Assembly: GCA_045593265.1 (NCBI GenBank)
Contig: JAZNWH010000129.1
Coordinates: forward strand, 4,646-68,645
DNA: 64,000 nucleotides
Source of the DNA: Clostridia bacterium
GTDB taxonomy: Bacteria > Bacillota > Clostridia > RGIG6154
Direction: 5' to 3'
Shown piece after piece: positions 29,344 to 39,012 of this stretch. A model generated the notes under the pieces. The model was given only the letters and a program-made list of their open reading frames with translations. It was not told where the DNA came from and searched no databases. The position numbers and the translations under genes are program-made. Each line of letters opens with the position of its first letter. Positions within the stretch are counted from its first letter, which is position 1.

Positions 29344-30102
29344 ATGAAAAAAATTTTATCTTTAATTCTTGCTGTTGCAATGATTTGCTTAGTTCTCACA
29401 TCTTGCGGCGGCGGTAACGACAATGTAATCACAATGGCTACAAATGCTGAATTCCCACCATATGAATATATGGAAAACAACGAAATCGTTGGTATTGATG
29501 CTGAAATCGGTAAAGCTATTGCTGAAAAACTCGGCTATGAACTTGTTATCGAAAATGTTGATTTTGATTCTCTTATTCCGGGCGTTCAGACAGGAAAATA
29601 TGATTTCGTTATGGCAGGTATGACTGTTACTGAAGACCGTCTTGAACAGGTTAACTTCAGCCAGACATATGCTAAAGGTGTTCAGTCAATCATCGTAAAA
29701 GAAGGTTCAGCTATTAAATCTGTTGATGACCTTTTTGCTGAAGGTGCTAACAACAAAATCGGTGTTCAGCTCGCTACAACAGGCGACCTTTACTGCACAT
29801 GGGATATCGAAGACGAAGGACTCGGTACTGTTGAAAGATACAACAAAGGTGCAGATGCTGTAATGGCTCTTACATCAGGTAAAATCGACTGTGTTGTTAT
29901 CGATAACGAACCTGCAAAGGTTTTCGTTAAAAACAACGAAGGTCTTAAAATTCTTGACACAGAATACATAGAAGAAGATTATGCTATTGCTGTATCAAAG
30001 GATAATGCCGAATTACTTGAAAAAATTGATGCTGCTTTAGGCGAACTTATCGCTGACGGAACAGTTCAGAAAATCATTGACAAGTATATCCCTGCTGAAT
30101 AA
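29344..30102 (+). CDS. Polar amino acid ABC transporter substrate-binding lipoprotein
   Basis: Lipobox LTSC; ATNAEFPPYEY; GGAGG RBS before 29344. Confidence 0.92.
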   Translation: MKKILSLILAVAMICLVLTSCGGGNDNVITMATNAEFPPYEYMENNEIVGIDAEIGKAIAEKLGYELVIENVDFDSLIPGVQTGKYDFVMAGMTVTEDRLEQVNFSQTYAKGVQSIIVKEGSAIKSVDDLFAEGANNKIGVQLATTGDLYCTWDIEDEGLGTVERYNKGADAVMALTSGKIDCVVIDNEPAKVFVKNNEGLKILDTEYIEEDYAIAVSKDNAELLEKIDAALGELIADGTVQKIIDKYIPAE

Positions 30103-30182
30103 TATATTAATAAAAAATCTTAAAGGGGATGTAAAAAATTCGTTTTTTACATCCTCTTTTAATGTGTAAAGGTGGTTAGTTT

Positions 30183-30911
30183 ATGCCTGAATGGATTTTA
30201 AAGCTTGCAAAAGACTTTAACACAGCATTCATTGAAGACAACAGATGGAAGTATTTGGTTGAAGGTGTGCAAAACACACTTATTCTTACTTTTTTCGCTC
30301 TCGTTTTAGGTGTTATATTAGGTGTTGTTATTGCTGCAGTACGAACAACCTATGACAAGCAATATGCAGTTATGCGAAAAGGAATAGGTAAGTTTTTCCT
30401 TGCTTTTTCAAATGCAATATGTAAGATTTATCTTACTGTAATAAGAGGAACACCTGCTATGGTGCAAATTCTTATTATCTTCTTTATAATTATGGCAAGT
30501 TCTGATAATAAGATGCTTTGCGGTATTATAGCTTTCGGTATAAATTCTGCTGCATATGTTGCAGAAATTATACGAAGCGGTATTATGAGTATTGATGTAG
30601 GACAAACTGAAGCAGGACGTTCCCTTGGCTTTAATTACATTCAGACAATGTGGTTTATTGTTCTGCCTCAGGCATTTAAAAATATACTCCCTGCCCTCGC
30701 AAACGAATTTATTGTATTACTTAAAGAAACAGCTATCGCAGGTTACGTTGGTGTAACAGACCTTACGAGAGGTGCAAACATAATAAGAGGTATTACATAT
30801 CAGAGTTTCTGGCCTCTTCTTGCTATCGCAGGAATTTATCTTGTGATGGTAATGTTCTTTACATGGGCAGTAGGTATTTTAGAAAGGAGATTGAGAAAAA
30901 GTGAAAGATAA
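30183..30911 (+). CDS. Amino acid ABC transporter permease
   Basis: [26 protein letters not shown]. Confidence 0.93.
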   Translation: MPEWILKLAKDFNTAFIEDNRWKYLVEGVQNTLILTFFALVLGVILGVVIAAVRTTYDKQYAVMRKGIGKFFLAFSNAICKIYLTVIRGTPAMVQILIIFFIIMASSDNKMLCGIIAFGINSAAYVAEIIRSGIMSIDVGQTEAGRSLGFNYIQTMWFIVLPQAFKNILPALANEFIVLLKETAIAGYVGVTDLTRGANIIRGITYQSFWPLLAIAGIYLVMVMFFTWAVGILERRLRKSER

Positions 30912-31644
30912 TTTTGTTATTGAAACTCACAATCTCTGTAAGTATTACAATGGTGGTGTAATCAAAGCTCTTGACGGAGTTGATACAAAAATTAAAAAAG
31001 GCGAAGTTGTTGTTGTAATAGGACCTTCAGGAAGCGGAAAGTCAACCTATTTGCGTTCTCTTAACCTTCTTGAAAATCCTACAGACGGAACAATTCTTTT
31101 TGAAGATACTGATATTACATCTCCTAAAGCGGACATCAATAAGCACAGACAAAAAATGGGAATGGTTTTTCAGCATTTTAATCTTTTCCCACACATGACT
31201 ATTCTTAAGAATATGACAATTGCTCCTATAAAGCTTTTGAAAATTTCCAAAAGCGACGCTGAAGAAAAAGCCCTGACTCTTTTAAAAAGGGTAGGTCTTG
31301 AAGACAGAGCAAATGCATATCCATCTCAGCTTTCAGGTGGTCAGAAGCAAAGAGTTGCTATTGTAAGAGCTTTAATGATGAATCCTGAAGTTATGCTTTT
31401 CGACGAACCAACATCTGCTCTTGACCCCGAAATGGTCGGAGAAGTTCTTGATGTTATGAAAAGCCTTGCAAAAGAAGGTATGACAATGGTTGTTGTTACT
31501 CACGAAATGGGATTTGCAAGAGAAGTTGCCGACAGAGTCATATTTATGTCAGAGGGTAAAATTTATGAAGAAGGAACTCCTGAAGAAATATTTACAAACC
31601 CTCAACAACTAAGAACACAGCAATTTTTGCACAGTGTACTTTAA
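30901..31644 (+). CDS. Amino acid ABC transporter ATP-binding protein (GlnQ-like)
   Basis: [27 protein letters not shown]. Confidence 0.95.
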   Translation: MKDNFVIETHNLCKYYNGGVIKALDGVDTKIKKGEVVVVIGPSGSGKSTYLRSLNLLENPTDGTILFEDTDITSPKADINKHRQKMGMVFQHFNLFPHMTILKNMTIAPIKLLKISKSDAEEKALTLLKRVGLEDRANAYPSQLSGGQKQRVAIVRALMMNPEVMLFDEPTSALDPEMVGEVLDVMKSLAKEGMTMVVVTHEMGFAREVADRVIFMSEGKIYEEGTPEEIFTNPQQLRTQQFLHSVL

Positions 31645-31652
31645 AACAAATG

Positions 31653-31692
31653 AACAGGTGTTAAAAACTAACTGTTTTTAACACCTGTTTTT
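31653..31692. terminator. Terminator between convergent genes
   Basis: AACAGGTGTTAAAAAC...GTTTTTAACACCTGTT inverted repeat. Confidence 0.7.
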
Positions 31693-31695
31693 AAT

Positions 31696-31962
31696 TTAGG
31701 GATTACAAGTTTTACAGCTCCTGTATCCTGCATCTACCGCTTCTCCTATATTTTCAAACCAAATTTCATTATCACTTTTTATGTTTTTTGCCCACTTGCA
31801 ATCAGAATAATGATAAACATCTGAATTCATAGAACCTACATAAACTTCTTCTTTAAATACATTTGTTTCTTCCTGAATTATGTTTGTCTCTGTTGTCCCA
31901 CACGAACACAATACAAAGATTAATACCATTACATTTACAAAGCACAATAACCTTTTTATCAT
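31696..31962 (-). CDS. Small lipoprotein with an Ada-type Zn-binding-like C-terminal domain (88 aa)
   Basis: GGGAGG RBS; lipobox LCSC; YVGSMNSDVYH...C...EAVDAGYRSCKTCNP. Confidence 0.8.
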   Translation of the reverse strand: MIKRLLCFVNVMVLIFVLCSCGTTETNIIQEETNVFKEEVYVGSMNSDVYHYSDCKWAKNIKSDNEIWFENIGEAVDAGYRSCKTCNP

Positions 31963-31980
31963 AATAATCCTCCCTAAAAT

Positions 31981-32063
31981 AAAAAAGTGCGTAGTCAGCC
32001 CGAAAGCAAGACTACACACCAAAAAGCGTAGTCTCTTTCAAAATGTTACCACACACTTTTTTT
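31981..32063 (-). promoter_or_regulatory. Attenuator-like structured RNA, copy 1 (5' leader of the lipoprotein gene)
   Basis: GTGTGTAGTC/GACTACGCAC stem + U6; upstream AAAAGTGTGTGG can pair with the same 3' arm. Confidence 0.5.
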
Positions 32064-32247
32064 ACCATATGCTCTTAAACCACAAGGATATGTCGAAAGA
32101 AGAACTTACGCTTTTTAACAATAGCGTAGTCCTTGAGTTTAAGATTTATACATATAGGCATAAAAATACTATATATAAGCATATTAAATTTTTAGTAAAA
32201 AAAGTTGTGGTAGTAGTATTATATCACATTTTCTGAAAAAACACAAC

Positions 32248-32328
32248 AAAAAAGTGCGTAGCCACCTCGAAAGCAGGCCACGCACCAAAAAAGAACTGAC
32301 TCTGTTTCAAAAATTGCTACACACTTTT
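32248..32328 (-). promoter_or_regulatory. Attenuator-like structured RNA, copy 2
   Basis: GTGCGTGGCC/GGCTACGCAC stem + U6; homologous to copy 1 with compensatory changes. Confidence 0.5.
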
Positions 32329-32381
32329 AACATAACATCTTGACAAAATTCAGAGTATATAGAAACAGTAGTATGTTTTAT

Positions 32382-32621
32382 TTACATTTTTTTAATTTTT
32401 TCGATACATTTTTTGCAAATATATCTTCCCTCATATTTTGTAAGTTCTTTTCTTTCTTCGCAGAAAATACAAAATTCGACATCTTGTTTACGGAGTATTA
32501 TATCATCTCCGTCTACCAGAATTTCAAAAGCTTTGAATTCCATAGTTTTACGCAAGGTATTCGGTATCTGGAATCTTCCCAGATTATCCACTTCTTTTAT
32601 TATTTTAGTTGATTGTTTCAT
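32382..32621 (-). CDS. AbrB-family transition-state regulator-like protein
   Basis: EVDNLGRFQIP..LR, IILRK, CIFC...ICKKC. Confidence 0.8.
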   Translation of the reverse strand: MKQSTKIIKEVDNLGRFQIPNTLRKTMEFKAFEILVDGDDIILRKQDVEFCIFCEERKELTKYEGRYICKKCIEKIKKM

Positions 32622-32673
32622 TTTAATTCACCCCAAAGGTATTTTAACATTATTGTCATAAAATGTCAAATAT

Positions 32674-34074
32674 TTAAACCAATTCACCATTAAGAGACCA
32701 TGTTCTTACTTCGGAAATCTTTATATTTATAATTTCCCCTATCAAAGAGCTGTCTCCTTTAAAATTAACAATTTTATTCTCGGGAGTTCTTCCTTGCAGA
32801 GTTTCAGGGTCATTTTTTGAATAACCGTCAACAAAAATTTCAACAATCTTCCCTGCATAGGTTTCGTTTATTTCCCTGGAAATCTTGTTCTGAACTTCTA
32901 ACAGCTCATCAAAATTCTTTTGAATTTGTTCCTCACTTAGAACAAAATCCATAGTTGCTGCTTTTGTTCCCCGTCTTCTTGAGTATATGAAAGTAAACAT
33001 AGAATCGTATCTTACTTCTTTAACAAGAGATACTGTTTCCTTAAAGTCTTCCACGGTTTCTGTAGGAAAACCTACTATTATGTCGGTAGATAGTGCAATA
33101 TTGGGAATTTTAGCTCTTATTTTCTTTATCGTTTCAAGGTATTTTTCCCTTGTATATGAACGATTCATATCCTTAAGAACTTTATTACTGCCCGCCTGAA
33201 CAGGAAGATGAAGCTGAGGGCAAACTTTATTACACTCAGCCATTGCACAAATCAGCTCGTCTGAAATATCTTTAGGATGTGATGTTGCAAAACGTATTCT
33301 TTCAATCCCGTCAATTTCGTTAACAGCTCTTAAAAGCTGAGCAAAAGTTTTACCGTTTTCCAGGTCGTTACCGTAAGAGTTTACGTTTTGACCAAGTAAT
33401 GTAACCTCCTTATATCCGTCTTTTGCAAGATTTTCAATTTCAGAAATTACATCTTCAAATTTTCTGCTTCTTTCCCTGCCCCTTACATAGGGAACTACAC
33501 AGTAAGTACAAAAATTATTACAGCCATACATTATACTTACCCAAGCTTTATATTTATCATCGTGAAGAACAGGAATATCTTCTACGATATATCCGTCGCA
33601 ATTTTCCACATCCATAACAGCTTTTTTTCTTGCTTCCAATAAAAGCTGAGGGAATTTATAAAGTGCATGTGTACCGAATATCAATTCTACATGACGGAAT
33701 TTTGAAGCGAGAAGCTCTGCAACCTCTTTCTGTTGAACCATACATCCGCAAACACCTATAATAACATCCTTTTTCTTCGCCTTTAAAAATTTAAGTGCAC
33801 CCACATTGCCCTTTAATTTCATTTCAGCGTTTTCTCTTACTGCGCAGGTGTTGAAAATGATTACATCACATTCTTCTCTGTTCTCCCACAACTGATACCC
33901 CATTGCACTAAGCATACCCTTAAGTCTTTCAGAATCATTTTCATTCTGTTGACAACCATAAGTTATTACACAAGCTTTCGGCTGAACCTTTTTAGATTCA
34001 TTTATTTTTTTTAATGTTTCAATACATTCTTTCTGATATTCAAGTTCTTTCGCATCTACTGATGTATTTCTCAT
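32674..34074 (-). CDS. miaB: tRNA i6A37 methylthiotransferase
   Basis: TYGCQQN, NTCAVRENAE, GCNNFCTYCVVPYVRGRERSR, TRAM domain. Confidence 0.96.
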   Translation of the reverse strand: MRNTSVDAKELEYQKECIETLKKINESKKVQPKACVITYGCQQNENDSERLKGMLSAMGYQLWENREECDVIIFNTCAVRENAEMKLKGNVGALKFLKAKKKDVIIGVCGCMVQQKEVAELLASKFRHVELIFGTHALYKFPQLLLEARKKAVMDVENCDGYIVEDIPVLHDDKYKAWVSIMYGCNNFCTYCVVPYVRGRERSRKFEDVISEIENLAKDGYKEVTLLGQNVNSYGNDLENGKTFAQLLRAVNEIDGIERIRFATSHPKDISDELICAMAECNKVCPQLHLPVQAGSNKVLKDMNRSYTREKYLETIKKIRAKIPNIALSTDIIVGFPTETVEDFKETVSLVKEVRYDSMFTFIYSRRRGTKAATMDFVLSEEQIQKNFDELLEVQNKISREINETYAGKIVEIFVDGYSKNDPETLQGRTPENKIVNFKGDSSLIGEIINIKISEVRTWSLNGELV

Positions 34075-34086
34075 ATGCGTACTCCT

Positions 34087-35538
34087 TTAATTCTGTTCTA
34101 AAAGTGCATTCTTTTCATTCCACAATTTCTGTGAAAGGTCCACATAATAAGTATGTGGATTTTCAAATCTCTTTACTTCGTCCCATAGAGTTTCAAGCTG
34201 ATTTTGACAATAGGAACGAATTTCTTTGATTGAAGGATTATTATAAACACACTTTCCCTTATCAAAAATCTTAACAGGAAGCTTTTTCGCTGTAAAATTG
34301 GTAACTGTTTTCTTTTTCCAGGTATGTTCCGGATCAAAAATAACATAATCTTTTGAATCATCAATTACTTCATCAAAAAGTGTTACCACATCAGCGATAG
34401 CTTTATTTGTTTCCTTTGAAAAAAGTCTGTATACAGTTTTAAAACCGGGTGTCGTTATCTTTGATACATTTTCGCTCTTTTTAATTTTTGAAACAAACTT
34501 TCCCTCTTTTTCAATAGCAACAAGCTTATAGACCCCACCAAAAACAGGCTCCGATTTTGAAGTGATAAGTCTTTCTCCCACACCGAATAAATCTATTTTT
34601 GCACCCTGTCTCAGAGTATCCTTAATGATATATTCATCAAGAGAATTGGAAGCCATAATCGGACAATCGCTATAGCCTGCATTATCAAGAATTTCCCTTA
34701 CTTTTTTGGAAAGATAAGTAATGTCCCCACTATCAATTCTAACACCTGCAGGTCTGCATCCCTTAGGCTTCAAAACCTCGTCAAAAACTCGTACAGCATT
34801 AACTATTCCTGATTTTAATACATTATAGGTATCAATAAGAAATACACATTTTTCAGGATAAATCTCAGCATAGGCTTTAAAGGCTTCATATTCGGTATCA
34901 AATGACTGAATCCAACTATGAGCCATAGTGCCCACAACAGGTATATCAAACATTTGCTCGGCTATAGTACAGGCTGTTCCAAAACAACCACCAATATATG
35001 CACTTCTTGCACCCATTATTGCACCGTAGGCGCCTTGTGCTCTTCTTGAGCCAAACTCAAAAACCTTTCTTCCTTCTGCAGCTCTTACTATTCTGTTTGC
35101 CTTTGTAGTAATTAAACTTTGATGATTGACTATAAGAAGAATCATAGTCTCAATAAACTGCGCCTGAATTAACGGTCCCTTAACAGTGATAATAGGCTCA
35201 TTAGGGAAAATAGGAGTTCCTTCAGGAATTGCCCACACATCACATTCAAATTTAAAGCTTTCAAGATATGACAAAAATTCATCGGAAAACATATTTTTAT
35301 TTCTGAGATAGGCAATATCTTCCGTTGTAAACTTTATATTTTTTATATATTCGCAGAGTTGTTCCACTCCTGCCATAATGGCATATCCCCCGTTGTCAGG
35401 AACTCTACGGAAAAACATATCAAAGCATGCATTTTCATTAGCTTTTCCTTTAACAAAATAGCCATTTGACATAGTAAGCTCATAAAAGTCTGCAAGCAAG
35501 GTAAAATTAAGACCATTGGAAAGTTTTTCGATCATCAT
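34087..35538 (-). CDS. pncB: Nicotinate phosphoribosyltransferase
   Basis: DFYELTM, EFGSRRAQG, GTMAHS, GVRIDSGD, GGVYKL. Confidence 0.95.
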   Translation of the reverse strand: MMIEKLSNGLNFTLLADFYELTMSNGYFVKGKANENACFDMFFRRVPDNGGYAIMAGVEQLCEYIKNIKFTTEDIAYLRNKNMFSDEFLSYLESFKFECDVWAIPEGTPIFPNEPIITVKGPLIQAQFIETMILLIVNHQSLITTKANRIVRAAEGRKVFEFGSRRAQGAYGAIMGARSAYIGGCFGTACTIAEQMFDIPVVGTMAHSWIQSFDTEYEAFKAYAEIYPEKCVFLIDTYNVLKSGIVNAVRVFDEVLKPKGCRPAGVRIDSGDITYLSKKVREILDNAGYSDCPIMASNSLDEYIIKDTLRQGAKIDLFGVGERLITSKSEPVFGGVYKLVAIEKEGKFVSKIKKSENVSKITTPGFKTVYRLFSKETNKAIADVVTLFDEVIDDSKDYVIFDPEHTWKKKTVTNFTAKKLPVKIFDKGKCVYNNPSIKEIRSYCQNQLETLWDEVKRFENPHTYYVDLSQKLWNEKNALLEQN

Positions 35539-35591
35539 CTATCCGCCTTTACATCGAAAAAAGCGGCAAACGCCGCTTTAATTCTTTTTAT

Positions 35592-36011
35592 TTATTTGCT
35601 GTGTACATTTAATCCGTAATACACACATTCATACACATATATCAAGGTTCCCAAAACAGCACAACCTGCATACGGAACAAATGATCTGGTCAGAATTACA
35701 GGCATATTACCTGATGTCTGTGTGTAAAGGTTGCTTATAACAGGCCAGTAAAAATGAAGTACTGCAAAGCAAAATGTCAGCGACGCTGTAAGAACTATAT
35801 AATATACGTTCTTTTTATAGATTGAGAATGCAAGTCCTGCTACGCTGAGACCAACCAACCAAAGGAACATATTGTATTCATAAATAAGTTTTATACCTGT
35901 TATGTTCTGTGAAAATTTATAAATACCATAAATCAACACAAGACCTGCTATATAATACAGCGATGATAACAAAAATCTGTTAACAACTGCTTCGTTTTCT
36001 TTCTTACTCAT
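35592..36011 (-). CDS. Hypothetical membrane protein
   Basis: About 4 hydrophobic segments; AAAGGTG RBS. Confidence 0.7.
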   Translation of the reverse strand: MSKKENEAVVNRFLLSSLYYIAGLVLIYGIYKFSQNITGIKLIYEYNMFLWLVGLSVAGLAFSIYKKNVYYIVLTASLTFCFAVLHFYWPVISNLYTQTSGNMPVILTRSFVPYAGCAVLGTLIYVYECVYYGLNVHSK

Positions 36012-36031
36012 TAGTTTAACACCTTTCTGTA

Positions 36032-36787
36032 TCAGTTACTCATTTCACCTAATTCGTACATTGCTACGGAAAGAACAGCTATAGCTGCAGTTTCCATACG
36101 AAGTATTCTTTTCCCCAATGTAACTGTTTGTATACTGTTTTTCTTAAGTAAATCAACCTCAAGCTCCGAAAAGCCACCTTCCGGACCAATTATAAAGCCT
36201 GCACTTTTGACCTTTTTCCCATTGAAAACAGCTTTTATTCCTGTGTTCGTTTCGCTTTCATACGGAACAAAAGAAAGTTCACAATTTTTAAGCATTTCTA
36301 CTGCCTCTTCAAAAGTAACAGGGTCCGAAACGTAAGGTACTCTGCTTCTTTTACACTGTTTCGTTGCCTCAGATGCAATACGACGGAATCGTTGTGTTTT
36401 GGAATCCTCATCCTTTATTTTTACCACACATCGCTCCATTATTACAGGAACTACTGAAGAAATTCCAAGCTCCACTGCCTTTTGAATTACCAGCTCAAGC
36501 TTCGAACCTTTTGTAAGACCTATAAAAAGTGTTACATCCGTTTCAGGCTCTCCGGTAATGGCAAGCTCTTCTGTAATAAAAACTTCTATGCTTTTCTTGG
36601 CAACATTCTTAATTTCTGCCTTATAAACATGACCATTACCTGATGTAATTTCAATTATATCACCTTTTTCAAGGCGAAGCACCCTTGCAATATGAATTGC
36701 TTCATCACCTTCAACTGTGATTTTACAGCCTACAGAAACATCTGCATCATAATAACATCTGTGCATTAATTCACCACCCTGATGCAA
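36032..36787 (-). CDS. rsmE: 16S rRNA m3U1498 methyltransferase (start probably 36766)
   Basis: HIARVLR, QKAVELG, IGPEGGFS, LGKRILRMETA. Confidence 0.96.
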   Translation of the reverse strand: MHQGGELMHRCYYDADVSVGCKITVEGDEAIHIARVLRLEKGDIIEITSGNGHVYKAEIKNVAKKSIEVFITEELAITGEPETDVTLFIGLTKGSKLELVIQKAVELGISSVVPVIMERCVVKIKDEDSKTQRFRRIASEATKQCKRSRVPYVSDPVTFEEAVEMLKNCELSFVPYESETNTGIKAVFNGKKVKSAGFIIGPEGGFSELEVDLLKKNSIQTVTLGKRILRMETAAIAVLSVAMYELGEMSN

Positions 36788-36936
36788 GAAACAATCTTAC
36801 TTTATAATTTTACTATTTTCAAGCCTTTTTGTCAATACCTTTTAAAAAATATGTAAATTTTTAGAAATTCACTCTCGGCGTTTGTAAATTTTGTATATTT
36901 TTCTGTCATCAGGTCAAAAATATAACCGGTGATACA

Positions 36937-37410
36937 ATGAAAAATAAGTTACTGACCATAGGTTTAATTTTTGCAATAAGCCTTATCGTTATATTTACTT
37001 TTGCTTTGAAAAGAGTCAAATCTCAGGATGCAAAAATCGAAGCAACCTTATATTTTGAACATATCTATGAAAAATGCAACCATACGGAAAGCTATAAATC
37101 ACCTGAGATACTGTCATTTAACAGTATTGACGAGGTAGAGACCCTTTATTCCTCCTGGAAAATAAAAACTGCCGAAGAAGGCAGTATTTATCTTATTAAA
37201 TCATCTCCGTCTTATTGCCCTAATCATTTTAAGATTATATTGAAAGGAAATAAAATAACCGTAACACGTCTTAAAGATGAAAGCATATACGAGCAGTTTT
37301 ATATCTCAATGAAATATCTGACAGACGAAGATATTCAAAAACTAACTTCAGGTATTATTCTTCATTCACAACAGGAACTTACAAAATTCACCGAAGATTT
37401 CACAAGCTAA
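36937..37410 (+). CDS. Secreted protein with a BofC C-terminal-like domain
   Basis: N-terminal TM; Y..CNH...CPNHF...L..GI......EL....EDF.S pattern. Confidence 0.6.
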   Translation: MKNKLLTIGLIFAISLIVIFTFALKRVKSQDAKIEATLYFEHIYEKCNHTESYKSPEILSFNSIDEVETLYSSWKIKTAEEGSIYLIKSSPSYCPNHFKIILKGNKITVTRLKDESIYEQFYISMKYLTDEDIQKLTSGIILHSQQELTKFTEDFTS

Positions 37411-38003
37411 TTTGCTTTGAACACCTTACTGAGAGGCTTGTAAATAAATGCTGTTATAATTGAAACAACAACACATTTCAATGCATTAAATGGTGCTACA
37501 CAATAAATTACCATTTCCAGAAGACTGTCAATTGAGCTATGTATCGCTTTTCCCATATCTACAAATGCCTGCAAAGGCATTCCCAAGGCTTTTCCATATG
37601 CAGGAATTAACAGATATGCATTTACGAAAACACCTGCAATAACCATAATTACTGTTCCTGTAATCATTCCTATTATTGCCTGTTTCTTATTTTTTCTGTA
37701 TTTATAAATAAGTCCTGCAGGTAAAATCAAACATACACCTACAACGAAATTAGCAGCTTCACCTACACCGCCTGTAATAGTCCCGTTAATAAGAAGATTT
37801 AACACAACCTTAATAAATTCTATAACTACGCCTGCCAAAGGTCCCAGAGCAAAGGTTCCCACAAGAACAGGTACTTCACTAAAATCAATCTTATAAAAAG
37901 GAGGTGCAATGAAAGGAAGCGGGAATTCCACCAACATAAGAACAACCGATATCGCTGAAAGCATCGCGACCTTTACCATCCACTTTGTATTTATTTTTTG
38001 CAT
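37407..38003 (-). CDS. ribU: ECF transporter S component, riboflavin type
   Basis: AMLSAISVVLMLVEFPLPF, KIDFSEVP, GEAANF, PFNALK. Confidence 0.8.
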   Translation of the reverse strand: MQKINTKWMVKVAMLSAISVVLMLVEFPLPFIAPPFYKIDFSEVPVLVGTFALGPLAGVVIEFIKVVLNLLINGTITGGVGEAANFVVGVCLILPAGLIYKYRKNKKQAIIGMITGTVIMVIAGVFVNAYLLIPAYGKALGMPLQAFVDMGKAIHSSIDSLLEMVIYCVAPFNALKCVVVSIITAFIYKPLSKVFKAN

Positions 38004-38024
38004 TTAAATCATATCCTTTCAATC

Positions 38025-38058
38025 ATACAGTCAGTGGAGAATTTCACACCACTGTGAA
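38025..38058 (-). promoter_or_regulatory. Degenerate 5' part of an FMN (RFN) riboswitch
   Basis: TTCACAGTGGTGTGAAATTCTCCACTGACTGTAT aligns to the RFN 5' consensus; directly upstream of ribU. Confidence 0.5.
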
Positions 38059-38075
38059 AATTTAAATTTTCAGGA

Positions 38076-38543
38076 TTAATTTTCTGTAACATCCATTTTC
38101 AGGATTTTGCCCTGAAATGAAATATTACCTGCCTCAACAAAAACTTCCGAACCTACCCCAAAGCTTTTTTTGCCTTCAAAGAAAAAGCCTTCTGTCTTCT
38201 GTACTCCTGTAACCTTTGCTTTTATAGTTACATCAAATTTATTTTTATTTTCAACTATATCGTAGCTGCCATCCTCAGTTTGAAGTAAAACTCTTGCTTT
38301 TTCTACATTTTTTGAAACTATTGTGCCCATACTTGCACCTGTTTCATCATACAAGGCACCGCTTTCAGGTATTGAATTTGCAGTAATTCCTTTTATATCA
38401 CGAACTACAATTTCATATTCAGCCACATCACTGCCCACCGAAACAATACCACTGCTTGTTGTAAATTTAACAGCAAGAAATGCTACAAGACAAATTACAA
38501 ACAAAATCACAAATAAATCGAGGATATTAAATCTTTTTTTCAT
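38076..38543 (-). CDS. DUF4330-family protein
   Basis: RFNILDLFVIL N-terminal anchor; paralog of the adjacent gene. Confidence 0.7.
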   Translation of the reverse strand: MKKRFNILDLFVILFVICLVAFLAVKFTTSSGIVSVGSDVAEYEIVVRDIKGITANSIPESGALYDETGASMGTIVSKNVEKARVLLQTEDGSYDIVENKNKFDVTIKAKVTGVQKTEGFFFEGKKSFGVGSEVFVEAGNISFQGKILKMDVTEN

Positions 38544-38544
38544 T

Positions 38545-39012
38545 TTATTTCTCTCCTCCTATTACCACGGCAACCGCTTCTGTCGCAAAGTTCGCCCCTT
38601 TTATATACATCTTTTTACCTACATACAACTCGTAACCGTTAACAACAGTTCCTTCAGGTGAGGAATAACCCTTTCCTGTAACAGAAATCAAAACATCTTT
38701 TCTTTCAGGAACAGTAACAACTTTAAATGTGTTAGTAATCTCATCGTACACACTTTCGGTGGCATCATAAACAGCAACATCTGTTATTTCACCTATCTCA
38801 AAATTTTTGACAGAGTCGAAAAGCTTATCTCCCACCTGAATTTGCTCAGCAACAGTCTGTTCTGTTTTTAATACATTTACTTTATAGTATACATCATCTC
38901 CTGCAACCTGGGTTCCCGATGATAAAAATTTCCATGCTACAAAAACAGCACATATAACTACTGCAATTATAACTAAATCTATCAGATTAAATCGTTTCTT
39001 ACTTTCTGACAT
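38545..39012 (-). CDS. DUF4330-family protein
   Basis: RFNLIDLVII anchor; GGAGG RBS before 39012. Confidence 0.7.
   Translation of the reverse strand: MSESKKRFNLIDLVIIAVVICAVFVAWKFLSSGTQVAGDDVYYKVNVLKTEQTVAEQIQVGDKLFDSVKNFEIGEITDVAVYDATESVYDEITNTFKVVTVPERKDVLISVTGKGYSSPEGTVVNGYELYVGKKMYIKGANFATEAVAVVIGGEK

Noticed and set aside
31880-32236. 118-aa ORF on the + strand
   Set aside because: Antisense to the lipoprotein gene and the structured motif; no RBS.
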